64,000 nt of DNA from Lama glama (GCA_028534125.1 JAPYYK010000086.1:434001-498000); one strand, 5' to 3'. Shown: positions 35,690-48,389, numbered from the stretch's first letter. The notes: generated from the sequence alone by a model not told the origin. Made by a program: numbers and translations.

Positions 35690-36978
35690 CTCTCAGCCCC
35701 CCTGCATCTTTAACCGAACTGCCTACTCCCCTCCTGCTGCAGCAGATTCACTCGTCATGCTCCTACTTCGATCAGCCCCTCCACTTGTGCAGGAGACCCA
35801 CCTGTCCCCCCTCCTCCATGCAAGGACAGCACTCCAGCCACTCTCGTCCCTGCACTGTCCACCCTGTCCCTACCATCCACATCAGCACATCCATTTGGTG
35901 CAGTAACTCCCATCTCCAACACACATCTTCTTGATTCTACGTCCCTCTCTAGCTGTGCACAGACTCTCTGCTTCCTTTAGAGGGAAACTCCCCCAGAAGG
36001 TGAGTATATGCGGTTCCTGTCGTATTACCTCCCCCATCCCCGCCGACCCTTCCTCAGCCCACTCCAGTCAGGCTCTGATGTGCATCGGTCACCAGCGGTT
36101 TCTGCATCGCCAGAGTTGAAAATCACGTTCCAGTCCTCACTTTCCACAGCCTCTCAGCAGCCCGTGATGCGGATATAGCTGTTACTCCCCCCTCAGAACG
36201 CTCTGTTGCCTTAGCCGCTGGGATATCACCCCATCCTACTCCCCTCCAACACACTGGTTGTTCTTTCTCAGTCACCTCTGTAAGCCCTCTGTTCCTTCCC
36301 ATTTCTCAACGCAGGAGCACCCCAGAGATGAGTCTTTGTTTCCATTCACGCTCATCCCCGTGACAATCTCGTTGAGCCCCATGGCTTTAAATGGGCCCTA
36401 TATGTGGCTGTATCCCAGTTTAATCTCCAGCCTCCACTTCCTCCTGGACTCTGCACTCATGTTCAGTTCCTAGTCAGCATCTTCACTTCCCTGCTAATAA
36501 GCATTTCAAAGTTAACGTGCCCTATGGCTTCATTCCCACGGCCACCCCAACTATGCTTCCTTCTGAGGGTTTTTAAATTTTTAAAAATGGCTTCAACGTT
36601 CAATAGTTGTTCAGTTAAAACCCCTAGGAGTCATCCTTGGTCTTCTCTTTCTCTCAGCACTTACATCAGGTTTACTAGCAAATTCAACTGGCTCTACGTC
36701 CCTCAGTTGTCACAATCTCACCGCCATCTAAGTAGCCATCATCTTTTTCTTGTACTACGTCAGCTGCCTTCTAACTAGTTCCCTCTATCATTCTTAATAT
36801 TGCCACCCAACTTTTGTTCTTCACACAGTACCCAGAGTAACCCGTTAAAAGTGTAAATCAGGTCGCAACAGTCTCCAACTTAAAATTCCCCAACAAATCC
36901 ATCATACTTAGAACAAAGCTAAAGCAAGCGACAAGGCATGTAACTCCAGACCCTGTGTGACCTGACCCACCCCCTCAC

Positions 36979-37024
<46 letters not shown>

Positions 37025-37470
37025 CACTCCTCATTTCCTTCTACTCTTCACTGATCTTTCCGGTCTTTAAACACGTCAGCCACCCTCCTACCTCAGGGTC
37101 TTTGCACTTACCGCACCTCAGCCTGGAACTTTCTTTCCTCAGACAAGCTCAGGATGTCACCTGCTCACTTCAGTCCCTGACTATCCAGTCAAAACCCAGC
37201 TTAACTTTCCTCCAGAGATTGTATTCCTAACGTTGCTACTGATATTATTACCACCTGAGATTCTGCAATTATTTACATGTTACATCTTGCTTATTTAACC
37301 ATTTATACTATTGTGGTATTATTTGGGTATTTGTCTAATGTTTCTCTTCTTCACAAGAATATACAATCCATAAAGCAGTGGCTTGGCCTGTTTTGTTTGC
37401 CATCTGATCTGAGTCTCCTAAAATAATCTCTGATAACAGAGTCAAGCTCAATATATTTTTGTGAAATGTA
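35690..37470 (+). mobile_element. L2 (L2a-like) 3' region of about 1.8 kb
   Basis: CCCATGGCTTTAAAT, CTAGGAGTCATCCTTG, CCTACCTCAGGGTCTTTGCACT, ending GCTCAATATATTTTTGTGAAATG. Confidence 0.8.
36979..37026. repeat. Compound (CT)n(CA)n microsatellite
   Basis: Seen directly. Confidence 0.95.
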
Positions 37471-37807
37471 TACATATAAATGGCAAATTTCAATCAACCC
37501 AGGATATTTCAGTAATTTGTATTGAACTAAAGTGGTGAGTTAGCACTAAATTGTTACAGTAAATGCACTTATAATGGTTTCTTTATGATTAATCTGTGGC
37601 TATTTCAAAGATGTTTATTAAGCAGAAAAATGCTTAGAGAAAACCAAATCGCATTTACAATGCTTCTTTTGTGCAAAAAAATTATGATATATTACATAAA
37701 ATGCCTTTTAAAAATTACTTTGTTTATAGCTGCCTTGAATATTTTGCATTCCTCAAGTTTCTCAGCCGGCAGCATTATTCCCCCCGAATTTTCCCATAGC
37801 ATCACAC

Positions 37808-37834
37808 CCTCTTTTGATATAAATATTTTGTGCT
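37808..37834 (-). other. Candidate 27-nt microexon (open in all frames)
   Basis: tatactattttcttcag|AGCACAAAATATTTATATCAAAAGAGG|gtgtga. Confidence 0.2.
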
Positions 37835-37999
37835 CTGAAGAAAATAGTATAGATATTATTTGACTAGGGCCAAAAATTGGTTAATATGTATTCCTACAGC
37901 AAAAACCAAATAACAGGAGGAGACACTAGCAATACATGTCACTGACTATAAAATTACTATACAGAATAACCGATATTGCTAAATCAGTAAAAGAGATAA

Positions 38000-38355
38000 G
38001 CATCAAAACAGAAAAGTGAGCCTAAATAGATCAAAATTTTATAGAAAAGGAAGCACAAGTGTCCCCACCAGCATATAAAAATTTGCTCAGCTTCCTGAGT
38101 TTGGGGGAAAGGCAAATTGAAACCACAATGAGATACCATTTTCTACCAAGAGTTTGGCAAAAATAGGAGAATTTAACAGTATTAAATATTGGTGAGGGTG
38201 TGGAGCAACAGGAACTATCAAAATGCAGGTGCTGAGCAAATTGTTACACACGCTCTATTTCCCAGAAAATCCACTACTAGGTATAAAAGGTTGAAAACCC
38301 TTCCCTATGTATATAAGAGATCATGTATAAAAATGCTATTACAGCTTGGAATAAT

Positions 38356-38399
<44 letters not shown>

Positions 38400-38870
38400 C
38401 CAATGTCTGAAAAAAATCCAAATGTCCTGTAACAACAGAAGAGGTAAATAAGTAGTTCCTTATTAACGTGGTGGAATATTATTCAGCCAAGAATATAAAT
38501 GAACTCCACAAATCAATCTGGATACATACCAGAAACACACTGTTAGGTCAAGAAGCAAAAGAAACATAGTATGATTCCACTTTCAGCACTGAAAACAAAC
38601 AAAAAAATTTCTGAAGTATACATGCAGAAGTAGTGAAAACTATAAAGGAAGCAAGAGAGTGATAAATATAAATTCAGGATAGTAACTGACTCGGGGGTAT
38701 CTGGGAGGGGAGATACAATGGGGAGGCTTCCAGGATATATGGTCATAAATTATTTCTTAGTTGGTAGGTACATGGATGTTTGCTTGTTTTGTTTCGTCTT
38801 CAAATTGCACTAACATGTAGTCATACATTTTTGTACATATTCTATATTTTGTGGGGAAAAAAAAGAGTAC
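38000..38870 (+). mobile_element. L1ME 3' region containing (CA)n at about 38360-38396
   Basis: GCAAATTGAAACCACAATGAGATACCATTTT and TATTGGTGAGGGTGTGGAGCAACAGGAACT. Confidence 0.75.
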
Positions 38871-39961
38871 CACCATGACAGAAGTCTTGTGGTAAAAATA
38901 ACAACAGAATGAAGTCATAGAAATTGACTTAACAGCATTTCCTCTGCTATTTCAAGGTAGGGCACCCCGGGTAAGTCCTCCCCTTCTTTGGGTCTCAGTC
39001 TCCCCATCTATGAAATGAGGAGGTTGAACAAGATGAAAGTTTCATACTATGACTAGAGTGCTGTAGTTCTGAGTTTATAAGGTCCAGGTATTTGAACAAT
39101 CTGATTTAATAACCAGAAACCTATGTTTTAGCAAATATTTTCATTGAGTATTTAGAAACAGGAAATCAGTGAAAGTTTTATAAAACCATGCAGACTTTGG
39201 ATAATCATACACAGCAATGAGTATGTATGACATCTAGCAAGATGACATTTTCAGTCTTCAAGGACAAATGACCTCCCAGATTTATTACCCTCCTTTCTTT
39301 TTCTCTGCATTTTGTCTCTCATTCCCTAGGAAAATAAAGCAGGAATCAGTGTTTGATATGAGTGGTGTTAGATTTGGTTTTAATAATTTCATGATTGTAT
39401 AAATTTTGGAAATACATAGTTTCTACCTCCCACACAATTAAAGGTATAATGGAACATGAAGGTAGCATTATTAAGGAGATAGTGGATGTTTAATGCAGCA
39501 GAATTCTATATAGTAACTCTGTGTTTATATTCCAAGAATAACAAAACTCAAATGCATTAAGCGATTAAGTAATATTGGGAATATAACTTGAGAGTTTCTT
39601 TCAAATCACTGTCAAGCAATACCCACCTTAAACTATACTCAAATGGGTAGACTATTGGGTAATAAGGTTAGGAGTTTCTACCTTAGAAACTCTTAGATAG
39701 TAAACATTAACATTTTAAGCCACTAAGTTCTTAAGTAATTTGTTACACAGCAGTAGATCACTAATATCTTCATCAGTTTTTCCTTGGTGTTCTAGAGGAT
39801 TCTTAACCCTGTTAATTTAATTTTACCGTGCCAGCTATCTCATTGACAGTCTGATGAAGTTTATAGAAACACCCTTATTATAATCTTTTAAAATGAATTC
39901 GATGAGATATACATGAAGAAAACAAATTATGTTGAAATTTACATTAAAAACCCCATCTAGT

Positions 39962-40501
39962 CTGTTTCAGAGGGCACAACCATTGAAGGAACGACCCAGC
40001 AATTGAGGACAGGACAACCTAGTTAGAACCAAGATGGTGGAAGATTTGACTTCCAGTAGACCTTGAGTCCCATGGCGCACCCAAAGGGGCCATGACAGTT
40101 CCTAGGCTGACCATAAAAGGTCAAAAAGTGGGTGGGGGCCTAACTCCTGGAAACTCCTGCCCCTTCCCCCAAAGTACTTGGAATAATCCTCCTACTCATT
40201 ATCATATGAAATTACCAAGCTCATAAAAACTAACAACTCTGCACCTTGTGGTCACTCTCTCTCTCTTGCCTTCTAAGATGGTCTGCACTCTGTCTATGGA
40301 GTGTGTATCTATTTTTACTTCAAACTAAACACCCCACACCTCTCGGCTTCTCTTCCCCTCGCTTTTCTGGGATGGCCCACATTCTGCCTATGGAGTATGT
40401 ATCTCCTAAGCTGTTTTCCCTCTGAGTGAGACACACCCCACTCTGTCAACGGAGTGTGTATCTCTCTAAATAAACTTCCTTTCACTTAAAAAAAAAAAAA
40501 A
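39962..40501 (+). mobile_element. MER41-like ERV1 LTR, U3-R only, polyadenylated (L1-mediated retrocopy)
   Basis: MER41-type blocks CCAAGATGG, GCCATGACAGTT, GAATAATCCTCC, CTCTGTCTATGGAGT, AATAAACTTCCTTTCACTT then A14; no U5; degenerate TSD at a TT/AAAAA site. Confidence 0.8.
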
Positions 40502-41129
40502 CTCCTGTCAAGTTCATACCACTATGTTTTAGTTACTGTGCCAAATTCATATTGTTTTGATTATAGGGTTACATGTTAAGTTTTAGCAACTTATAGACAA
40601 GTTCCTATTAATTACTGACTTTCAAAAATTTCTTGGCAATCTCACATGTTATTCTTTAATATAATCTCTTAAATAATTTTGTTCATTCTTCCTAAAACTG
40701 ACTTGGATTCTTACTGGAAATGTATTAAATGTATATTAATTTGAGAGGCACTAAAACTTCGATGATTTTAGGTCTTCTATTTATTGAGATCTTGTTTTGT
40801 TAACACCAACCTTACTTTCTACATTTTCTCTGAATAATTGTAGTAATAACAGTAATAGCAATGTCAATTAAATTCTGTTTATTTAACACAATATGCCATA
40901 TGATGTGCTAAATGTTTTATAAAAACTATCAAGTTAAATCCGTACAATTCTATGAGATAGGAGCACTGTCCATTTTAGACAAGAAAACTGATGTTCAGAG
41001 ATGTTGAATAAGTTTCCCAAAGTTAAAAAGTTAGCTAGCGGCGAACAGGTCTATCTGCCTAGAGATCACAAGTTTTCTCTACAAGCCAAACTACTGATCT
41101 GTGTTCTTGACCTATGCCTCCCACGAGAA

Positions 41130-41531
41130 TGTAAAGGGCAACTATCTCCATTTTTGATGTTTGACGGTTGACAGCTTTCAAGCAACACCTCTCTCTCTTC
41201 CCCTTCTGCTCCTTATAGTGCAGGCTAATAAGAAAGCTGGTGCACCTTTAGCACCTGTAAGAAGTTCTAATCTCTCAGGCTCCTAGCCGTTGTGGGGGGC
41301 CCTCAAACCAGTCCCTGTCCCAACCCTCATAAAACTGCAAGCTAGTCCATCTGTCCTGCTCTCTCAAGTCATTTTCAGACCTGCTTGAGTCCCTGTCCTG
41401 TCACCCAGAAAGCCTCATTATGTGAGTAATAAAGTTTTTATACTCTTTTGATGCATGTGTGACATCACTGGTCTCGATATTTGAACATTTTGAATGGAGA
41501 TTCATCCTACCTCTATGAGGTGATCATAACA
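41130..41531 (+). mobile_element. Old ERV solo LTR (ERV1-like; family not assigned)
   Basis: TG...CA ends, TATA-like CATAAAA and AATAAA within ATGTGAGTAATAAAG; no clear TSD. Confidence 0.65.
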
Positions 41532-41680
41532 GCACTGAATATTCCACTTAGTCTTCTAGATATTTTGCTATTCAAAAACCACAATTGATCCATAATACCA
41601 ACTACTTTACATAGGGTTCATTTCTTCCAAGGGCATTTATTAAGTACTATTGTGTAGGCACACTATTCCAGATGCTGTGC

Positions 41681-42160
41681 TGTTGCCAGAGAATATAAGC
41701 TCTTGCCTTGTGCAGAAAAGAATTCAGGAGCAAGCTATAGTAGAATGAAAACAGATTTACTTAGGGAGATACACACTTGACAGACAGAGTGTGGTCCATC
41801 ACAAAAGGGAGAGTGGACATGAGGTGTGGGGATGGTTAGCTTTTATCGGCAGGGTAATTTCATATGTTAACAAGTAGGAGGATTATTCTATTTTGGGGAA
41901 GGGGCAGGGATTTCCAAGAACTGGGTCGTTGTCCACTTTTTGGTCCTTTAAGGCCAGCCTCAGAACTGTCATGGTGCCTGTGGGTGTGTCATTTAGCATG
42001 CTAATGTATTACAATGAGCATGTAATGAGGCTCAAGGTCCACTGGAAGTTAAATCCTCTGCCATCTTGGGCTGAGTTGGTTCTAACCATTTTATGTCCTA
42101 TCTTCAACTGCTGTGTCATTCCTTCAATGGTTGGCCCTGCCCACCTTCCCTCCTGTTTCA
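41681..42160 (-). mobile_element. Complete MER41-like ERV1 solo LTR
   Basis: Minus strand TGAAACAGG...TGGCAACA; CATTAGCATGCTAAATGACACACCCACAGGCACCATGACAGTT; 4-bp TSD GTGC/GTAC (1 mismatch); inserted in an L2 tail. Confidence 0.88.
41912..41920. promoter_or_regulatory. GAS (STAT) motif TTCCAAGAA/TTCTTGGAA inside the MER41-like LTR
   Basis: Exact TTCN3GAA match at the position equivalent to the MER41 STAT1 site; function not shown. Confidence 0.4.
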
Positions 42161-42659
42161 GTACAGGTACCAAGAAATCTGTCACAAGGAATTATGAGAT
42201 ACGATTCTAGCTTTGGAAACCGAAGAGTTAATTAGAAATATACAGTCACATACAAGGGGAGACCTATAGATTAATTCAAGACATTATCAATGTGGTATTC
42301 CCTTATGAAAGAAAATTAATCTATAGCTAGTTATTTAAAGCATTTGCTATTCTAACGATTTGAAGAAATGAAAGATTTCTTTTGTCATATAAATCTAAAG
42401 CTCACAATGGATGTTTGCCTTACAATTCAAAGCCACTGATTTTTTTGTCATTGAAACTTCCCTACAGATTTATATTTCTTTCATTATAATATGACACCTT
42501 CCAAAGCGTCTGAACTTGGCAACATAAATGACACCGTAGTTGAAGCACTGCAGTTGGGAACATAAAATCCATTTCCATTTTGTGAAATCCACTTTGGATC
42601 AGGGGTTAACACATTTATACTTGTATTGACTTGTCAACCGTTTACAATAAATTCATACA

Positions 42660-43310
42660 CTAATTTGAAAAGGGCTGACATATTTATAATATTGTGATTT
42701 CAGAGTATATATCTACATTTATTCAAGTCTTATTTAGTACTCCTCAATCATATTTTATGCTTTTCTTTTAACTAAGTCTTGGACATTTCTTATTTATTTT
42801 TAGGTCTTTCTAATTTTTGTCTATGATGAATGATTTTTTTTTCCATTTCAATTAATAACTGGTTATTGTTAACATATAGAGAAAGCATTGCTTCAGTTGT
42901 GGTATTTATCTTGAAAATACTGTAAACTTTACTGAATTCTCTTATTGGTTCTAATAAAAATTTCTTACTCGGGAAGTATATGAGCATATCATCTGTGAGT
43001 AATAAAAAAAAGTTTTCTCCTTCCAAGTATCTATATCTTTTATTCTGTTTGTCTAAATACATTAACTAAAACTTACAAAATGATGTTGAATAATAATGAT
43101 AATAGTGACCATCCTGTATTCCTGAGTTTAACAGAAATGCCATTTTAGTAAGACATTGACTTTTGGTTTCTATTCAACATTTATTATATTTAGAAAGTAT
43201 CCTCCTGTTCCTATTTTGCTTTGAATGTTTAACAATTAGGAATAGGGGTTGAATTTTGGATTACCATATTAAAAGTATTATTTTAACCCTTGTATGGCAT
43301 ACTGGATTCA
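42660..43310 (-). mobile_element. L1ME ORF2 remnant
   Basis: Decayed translation includes LTDDMLIY (L1 RT FADDMIVY-like), KFLLEPIREFSKV and KIN. Confidence 0.75.
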
Positions 43311-44439
43311 AGCTCAGCTCTCAGGAAACTGAACCAGCAGTAATGTTCCAGAAAATTATTCATGTGTGATACCAATAAATCAAGGAGACCAATTCCATAG
43401 CATCACTTCCTTTTCAGATATAAACATCACTTCTCCTTTATTTACTTCAGTCAAATACCAACTAAATATAATCTTGAGATGTTTTCTTATTTTGAGGGCA
43501 GCTTTGAAACTATAGTTGGAAGAATCAAAGAATGATACTTAAATAGAAAGTCTGGAATGTGGCTAACCTTAATAACTAATAGGGGACTGTGATTTCTCAG
43601 AGCCCTTTTATGTTATGAATTATGTTTGACCTGATTTATGATTCCAAGCACTATTGATTTTTTAAAAATTCATTTAAACTAGATGCGTACCTAATATTAG
43701 GTAACAATCTACTTCTCATGGTGGTACAGATGGCTCCATGACAAGATATATTTATCAAAATAAATGGAATGGAAAAACAAGTAATATTCAGCAACATTTA
43801 AATAAGGCTCTCCAAAGGGCTGAGCCTTCTAAGGGGATAGCAAAATGAAAATACAGTTGTTACATCTGTCTTCTGATTCATTTTCAAGTATATTTTGAAG
43901 TATGATTAATGGTTTTATAAATACTTTTCTCACTTCATCCATACAAAGGATTTCAAATTAATTCACTATTTCTGACTTCTTCCTTAATGGAAGTCCATGG
44001 CAACAAATCAATCTATTGCAGATTCAAATCCATGAAATGTGATAAATTCTTTTTTATCCAGAAAGGAATGAGAATGCAACAATATAAATGATACTGTGAA
44101 AAAGACTGGTACTGTTTGCCCTAAACAGGACAAGTGACATGGTCATTTTAAGTTTAATTTCTAATACCAAAAAAGTTGTATTTTTGAATCTTTTTAGGCA
44201 ACAAATAGGCTTTGTAAGATTTAAAGCCTTGTTGACATGAACACTATAAATTTTAACTAAACATGTTCTGTATTAAAAATTTTCCCCAGATATTTGAGTC
44301 CTTAAAAACAGCAAGATAAGATTATGAGCCCCCACAGTATATAAATGTTTCCCAGCTCCATGGAGCCCACACTCATAAAGGAAGATGACACTGTCACTTG
44401 GAAAGCAGAGAGTTTCAAGAACTGCCAACAGAAAAGAAT

Positions 44440-45990
44440 TTATAAGAAAGAAAACTGCAAAGATCAAGGGCTGAAAAGTTGTAACAATAGACAAATAGAT
44501 CAATGGCACAAAACAGAGAGACTTAAAATCATCCTAAAATAAATGGGAACGTGGAATACATAGAGGAGGGAGGAACAGCGAATCTGTTAGGAAAGGAAGA
44601 CCGATTCAATAAATGATGCCAGGGAAATTTGCTCTTCAGGTGGAAATGTTAAAATTAGATCCCTAATTCACACCATTACCAGATGAATTAAAGTTAGAAA
44701 TGCCAAATACAAAGAACTTATAAGAAAATACAAGAGGATATATTTTGTATATTGGATTAGAGAATACGTTCTTAAACAAAGCACAGGAAGTACAAACCAT
44801 AATGGTGAACATCAGTTTGTATTTATTAAAATTAAAAATTTTTATATGAAAATAATTTCAAAACATAGTTAAGTGTCAAGCTGCTGACTAGGAATATTAC
44901 TCGTAACAGTATGAGGCAATTACGATTTAATAGTAATAATAATAATAATGATAACAATAATAGTAATAATGTGACAGTGGACAAATAATGGATTAGTTAC
45001 TTAAAATAAAAAATAATATGGCAACAAAAACTTATACAACACTTAGTTTGTGCCAGACATTGTTTCAAGCAGCTTACTTTGAACTCATTTAATCCTCATA
45101 ACAAATTTATATGTGTAATTATTCTTCCCATTTTACAGAGGAGGAAACTGAATCATAGGTAAATTAAGTGAGTCATCCAAGGTCACAATGCTAATATGTG
45201 GCAGAATTAGGATATATAAAGATCTCCTACAAAAGAAAACAAGAAAAGATGACTAACCCAACAGGAAAAAAGAAAGGCTGCAGATAAGCAATTCACAAGA
45301 GGGGAACCTGGAATGGCCAATATACATATGCAGACTTGCTCAATTTAACTGTTAGTGAGAAAGTGAAAATTAAAACACTAAGATACAAATTCACACCCAC
45401 CAAACTGGCAAAATTGTAAAAGTCTGGAAATACCAAGTATTGGTAAAATTTTAACAAAGGGGAATTTTGATATATAGTTGACATTCAGGAGAGTTCAAAA
45501 AATTATAAACCCTCCAACTCAAGAACTATATTTGGAGATACTCTCACTTTTAAGAACAAAAAGTAATGTACAAATGCACACTGGTTATAATACTTATAAA
45601 TGTGAAAAATCACAATTGTTCAAGTTTGAGAAGGATACAGTCAACATGAAAAAAGTTTATCTAGATGATAAAAGCACAGACCACCACCTTAATGCTGTTT
45701 ATGACACTGCATACACACACATACATATATGTATATGTGTATACACACACGCATACACACGGTCAAGATTTTTAAAAACACACAGGAATGACACATATAA
45801 ACTTCAAGTTAGTGGTTACCTTAAAGAAGAGAAAGAGAAGAATAGAGGTGAGGTTTTAAGTTTTTTTTTCCCAAGGAAAAAGTTTATAGAAATCAAACCT
45901 GGGAAAACGTTAGCACCTATTAAGTGTATACAATTGCTATACAGGAGCCAACTGTTTGCTTTTAGTACTTATTTTATGTTGTAAATATTT
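44440..45990 (+). mobile_element. L1ME ORF2 end and 3'UTR, interrupted by (TAA)n and a minus-strand MIR (about 45020-45215)
   Basis: AATAGACAAATAGATCAATGG (RQIDQW), TTCAATAAATGATGC, CACACCCACCAAACTGGCAAAA; MIR core CCCATTTTACAGAGGAGGAAACTGA. Confidence 0.75.
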
Positions 45991-46070
45991 TTCAATTAAG
46001 TTTGTTTTTCAAATTAATGGTACTATGGGGAAAAACTCTATGAAAGTAAGAATGATGAAGACAGACCTAG

Positions 46071-46098
46071 CTGTGAAAGAAAATGTTTTCAGTTAGTA
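46071..46098 (-). promoter_or_regulatory. Consensus branch point (TACTAAC), pyrimidine tract and CAG acceptor
   Basis: Minus strand cTACTAACtgaaaacattttctttcacag|CTAG|gtctgt. Confidence 0.3.
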
Positions 46099-48342
46099 GC
46101 AACTGAAGGAAGACGGTATTTTTCACGGAATCCTGCGCGCAGAGGAACAAAGGAGAGAGAGCTGTTTTCAAATCCTAAAGAAGAGAAGTCACAAAAGCTG
46201 AACATTGTAGCCAAGCGGTGCACATATTCAGCTAGCCCCAAATTATTCAGTATGTGAATATTTTTCTGTGGGGCATATACTTTTTATTGTATCACAGTCC
46301 CCACAAATCTCTTACAAATCCCTTGTCTTCCACCAGGACATTTTGTTTATTTATCTAGTTACAAAAATTCCTGGGTTTGTAATCGTTGCATAAGAATTAA
46401 AGGAACAGGAAGACAGAGGGCTTGATTTGGAAGTAAGGAGGACTACGTCTACATCAGCAACAACAGAAAAGGAAAAAAGAGAAGAAAATATGGAAAACAT
46501 TTGAAAAGAGAAATAGGGAAGGTGAGGCTTTGAGTAAGAAGAAAGCAAATATTCAAAAAGGATTAGTGATGATGTAAAATGATAAAACGCCTTGCTACAC
46601 CTTAAAACACCATGTAAATGGGTTTTTGGTACGCCCATACTTTTAAAAGCATATATTGGCAATTTATCCCAATTGCCTCCAGACATCAGGATATTTTTCC
46701 ACTTCAAATCTTACTTCATCCCACAATCATGATGTTAAGTATCATTACTGTGACTTCCGAATTTATTCCTTGACTGCGCTGTGTACTAGTCCTTCTTGGA
46801 TTTCTGTGGGTAAAACCTTGCCTGGCCTCATCTGGAAAGGAAATTTGAGAATGTTCCTCTTCTTCACAAAAACAAGGTCTGCTTATGGAACTTTCTTGGG
46901 TGTGTAAGAAGCTGTCTTTTCATTAACTCTGGAAAGTCTCAGCCATTTTCTCTTCAAGTCCATTCTCTTGATCTTCTCCTTCAGAAATGTAAAAAAAAAA
47001 AACTTTCTGTTTTACCATGCTTGGCAGTGCATGCAAATGCTGAATAGGGCTGTATCTCCAGAACGGCAGAATAAGTGATTCAGGTGCTTTTGCAAAATCC
47101 TCCCCTTTTCTTTATCATCGGGAAAAAAATTCCAGCCAGTTTCATCTCCATGGGAACGGTGGATTTGCTATTTTAATTGAACTGGATGATCAATCCAGTC
47201 AAGTAAGTGGTGCACTGTTTTTCCTCTGGTGAATTACTTAGCTGTTTAATTGAAGAGACTTATAGGTTTCTTGGGTACTGCATGGACAAACCCACAGTGA
47301 AAACCCAAGGTTCAATGTGTCACCTTATCAACAAAATGATTTGATTGATTTTTTTCACATTTGCAATTAAGTTTTGGCTAAATTTCTGAACCTTCTGAGG
47401 CTTTGTTTATTCAAATTTAAAACTAATACATCTCAAAATGTGCTGGACATGCTGGAGGACTGGTCAAGAGGATTACTGGAAAGTAGCAGGAGTGGAGCAA
47501 TAGGGGATGTATCCCAGGTTTGGTGTAAGAGGCAGCTTATCATAAAGAAATCGGTGTACCTAGATCAAGATTTATAGAGATTTTACATGCAATACATTTT
47601 AAATGCAAAACACCGATCTAGGTATAAGAACCCTCAAAATGAAGATAGTAAAGTTTTTACCTTCAATGAGTATGTTAGGAAACTTTTGTTTGCTAGAAAC
47701 AGAAAATACTATTTGGGTTGAAATGGATTTAAAAGACAAAAAATGTATCATTTCACATAGCTGGAATTTTAAAGAGAGGGCAGTTTTTTGGTGTGATTCA
47801 ATGTGACTTAATTAGGACATGAAAGAATCGATCAAAAGAATCCTAATGTTTCTACCTGAAATCCTTTTGGTGTGGGGAGAGGGGTTATTTCTTTGTCTTC
47901 ACGAGTGCACACAGGACCCACTTATGTCCCAGGTAGAGATGAACTTGCCAACCTCGGAAGCTGCATTTTGTGAGAATGGGGAAGACACAAATGAGGCTGG
48001 GGGTGTGGAGACGAAGTCTGATCCTTCGAAGCAAAGCTACGCTGACCAGCAATGTTAGTGGCAATTTTGTAGTAGATGAATCCTCTCTCTCAGAGGGCTG
48101 ACATGACAGCCTTTACACCAACATGTCCTGCACTCTCAGAGGGTATTTCCTTCACCCGGATCACTGCACAGCTCATGAAATTCTAAGCTTCAGAATGGTG
48201 GTATGGGCCTTTCCTCGTGCTGTTCCATCCAGAGACAGACTTTAAGACTCCTGTTAGCAGTGTCTTCCTCCATGCGGTTGGGAACATACTGTGATGCCAT
48301 AGCTGTAGGTTATTTTTCCAAGGGGAATAAAAGCTTACTCAC

Positions 48343-48389
48343 GCCAATACTACCGTTCTTCGTTTTCTTTTAAAAGGCCTACCCTTACC
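48343..48389 (-). CDS. Candidate 47-nt exon (GKGRPFKRKRRTVVL, phase 0 to 2), or 36 nt from 48378
   Basis: tctttgctgttcttattgcctgtag|GGTAAGGG...TTGGC|gtgagt; unique CpG-retaining context. Confidence 0.4.

Noticed and set aside
35391-35906. 171-aa plus-strand ORF
   Set aside because: Runs into L2 sequence, has a non-ATG start and no domain.
41893-42210. 105-aa ORF
   Set aside because: Antisense reading of the MER41-like LTR.
45478-45984. 168-aa ORF
   Set aside because: Within a decayed L1ME 3'UTR and a (CA/TA) microsatellite.
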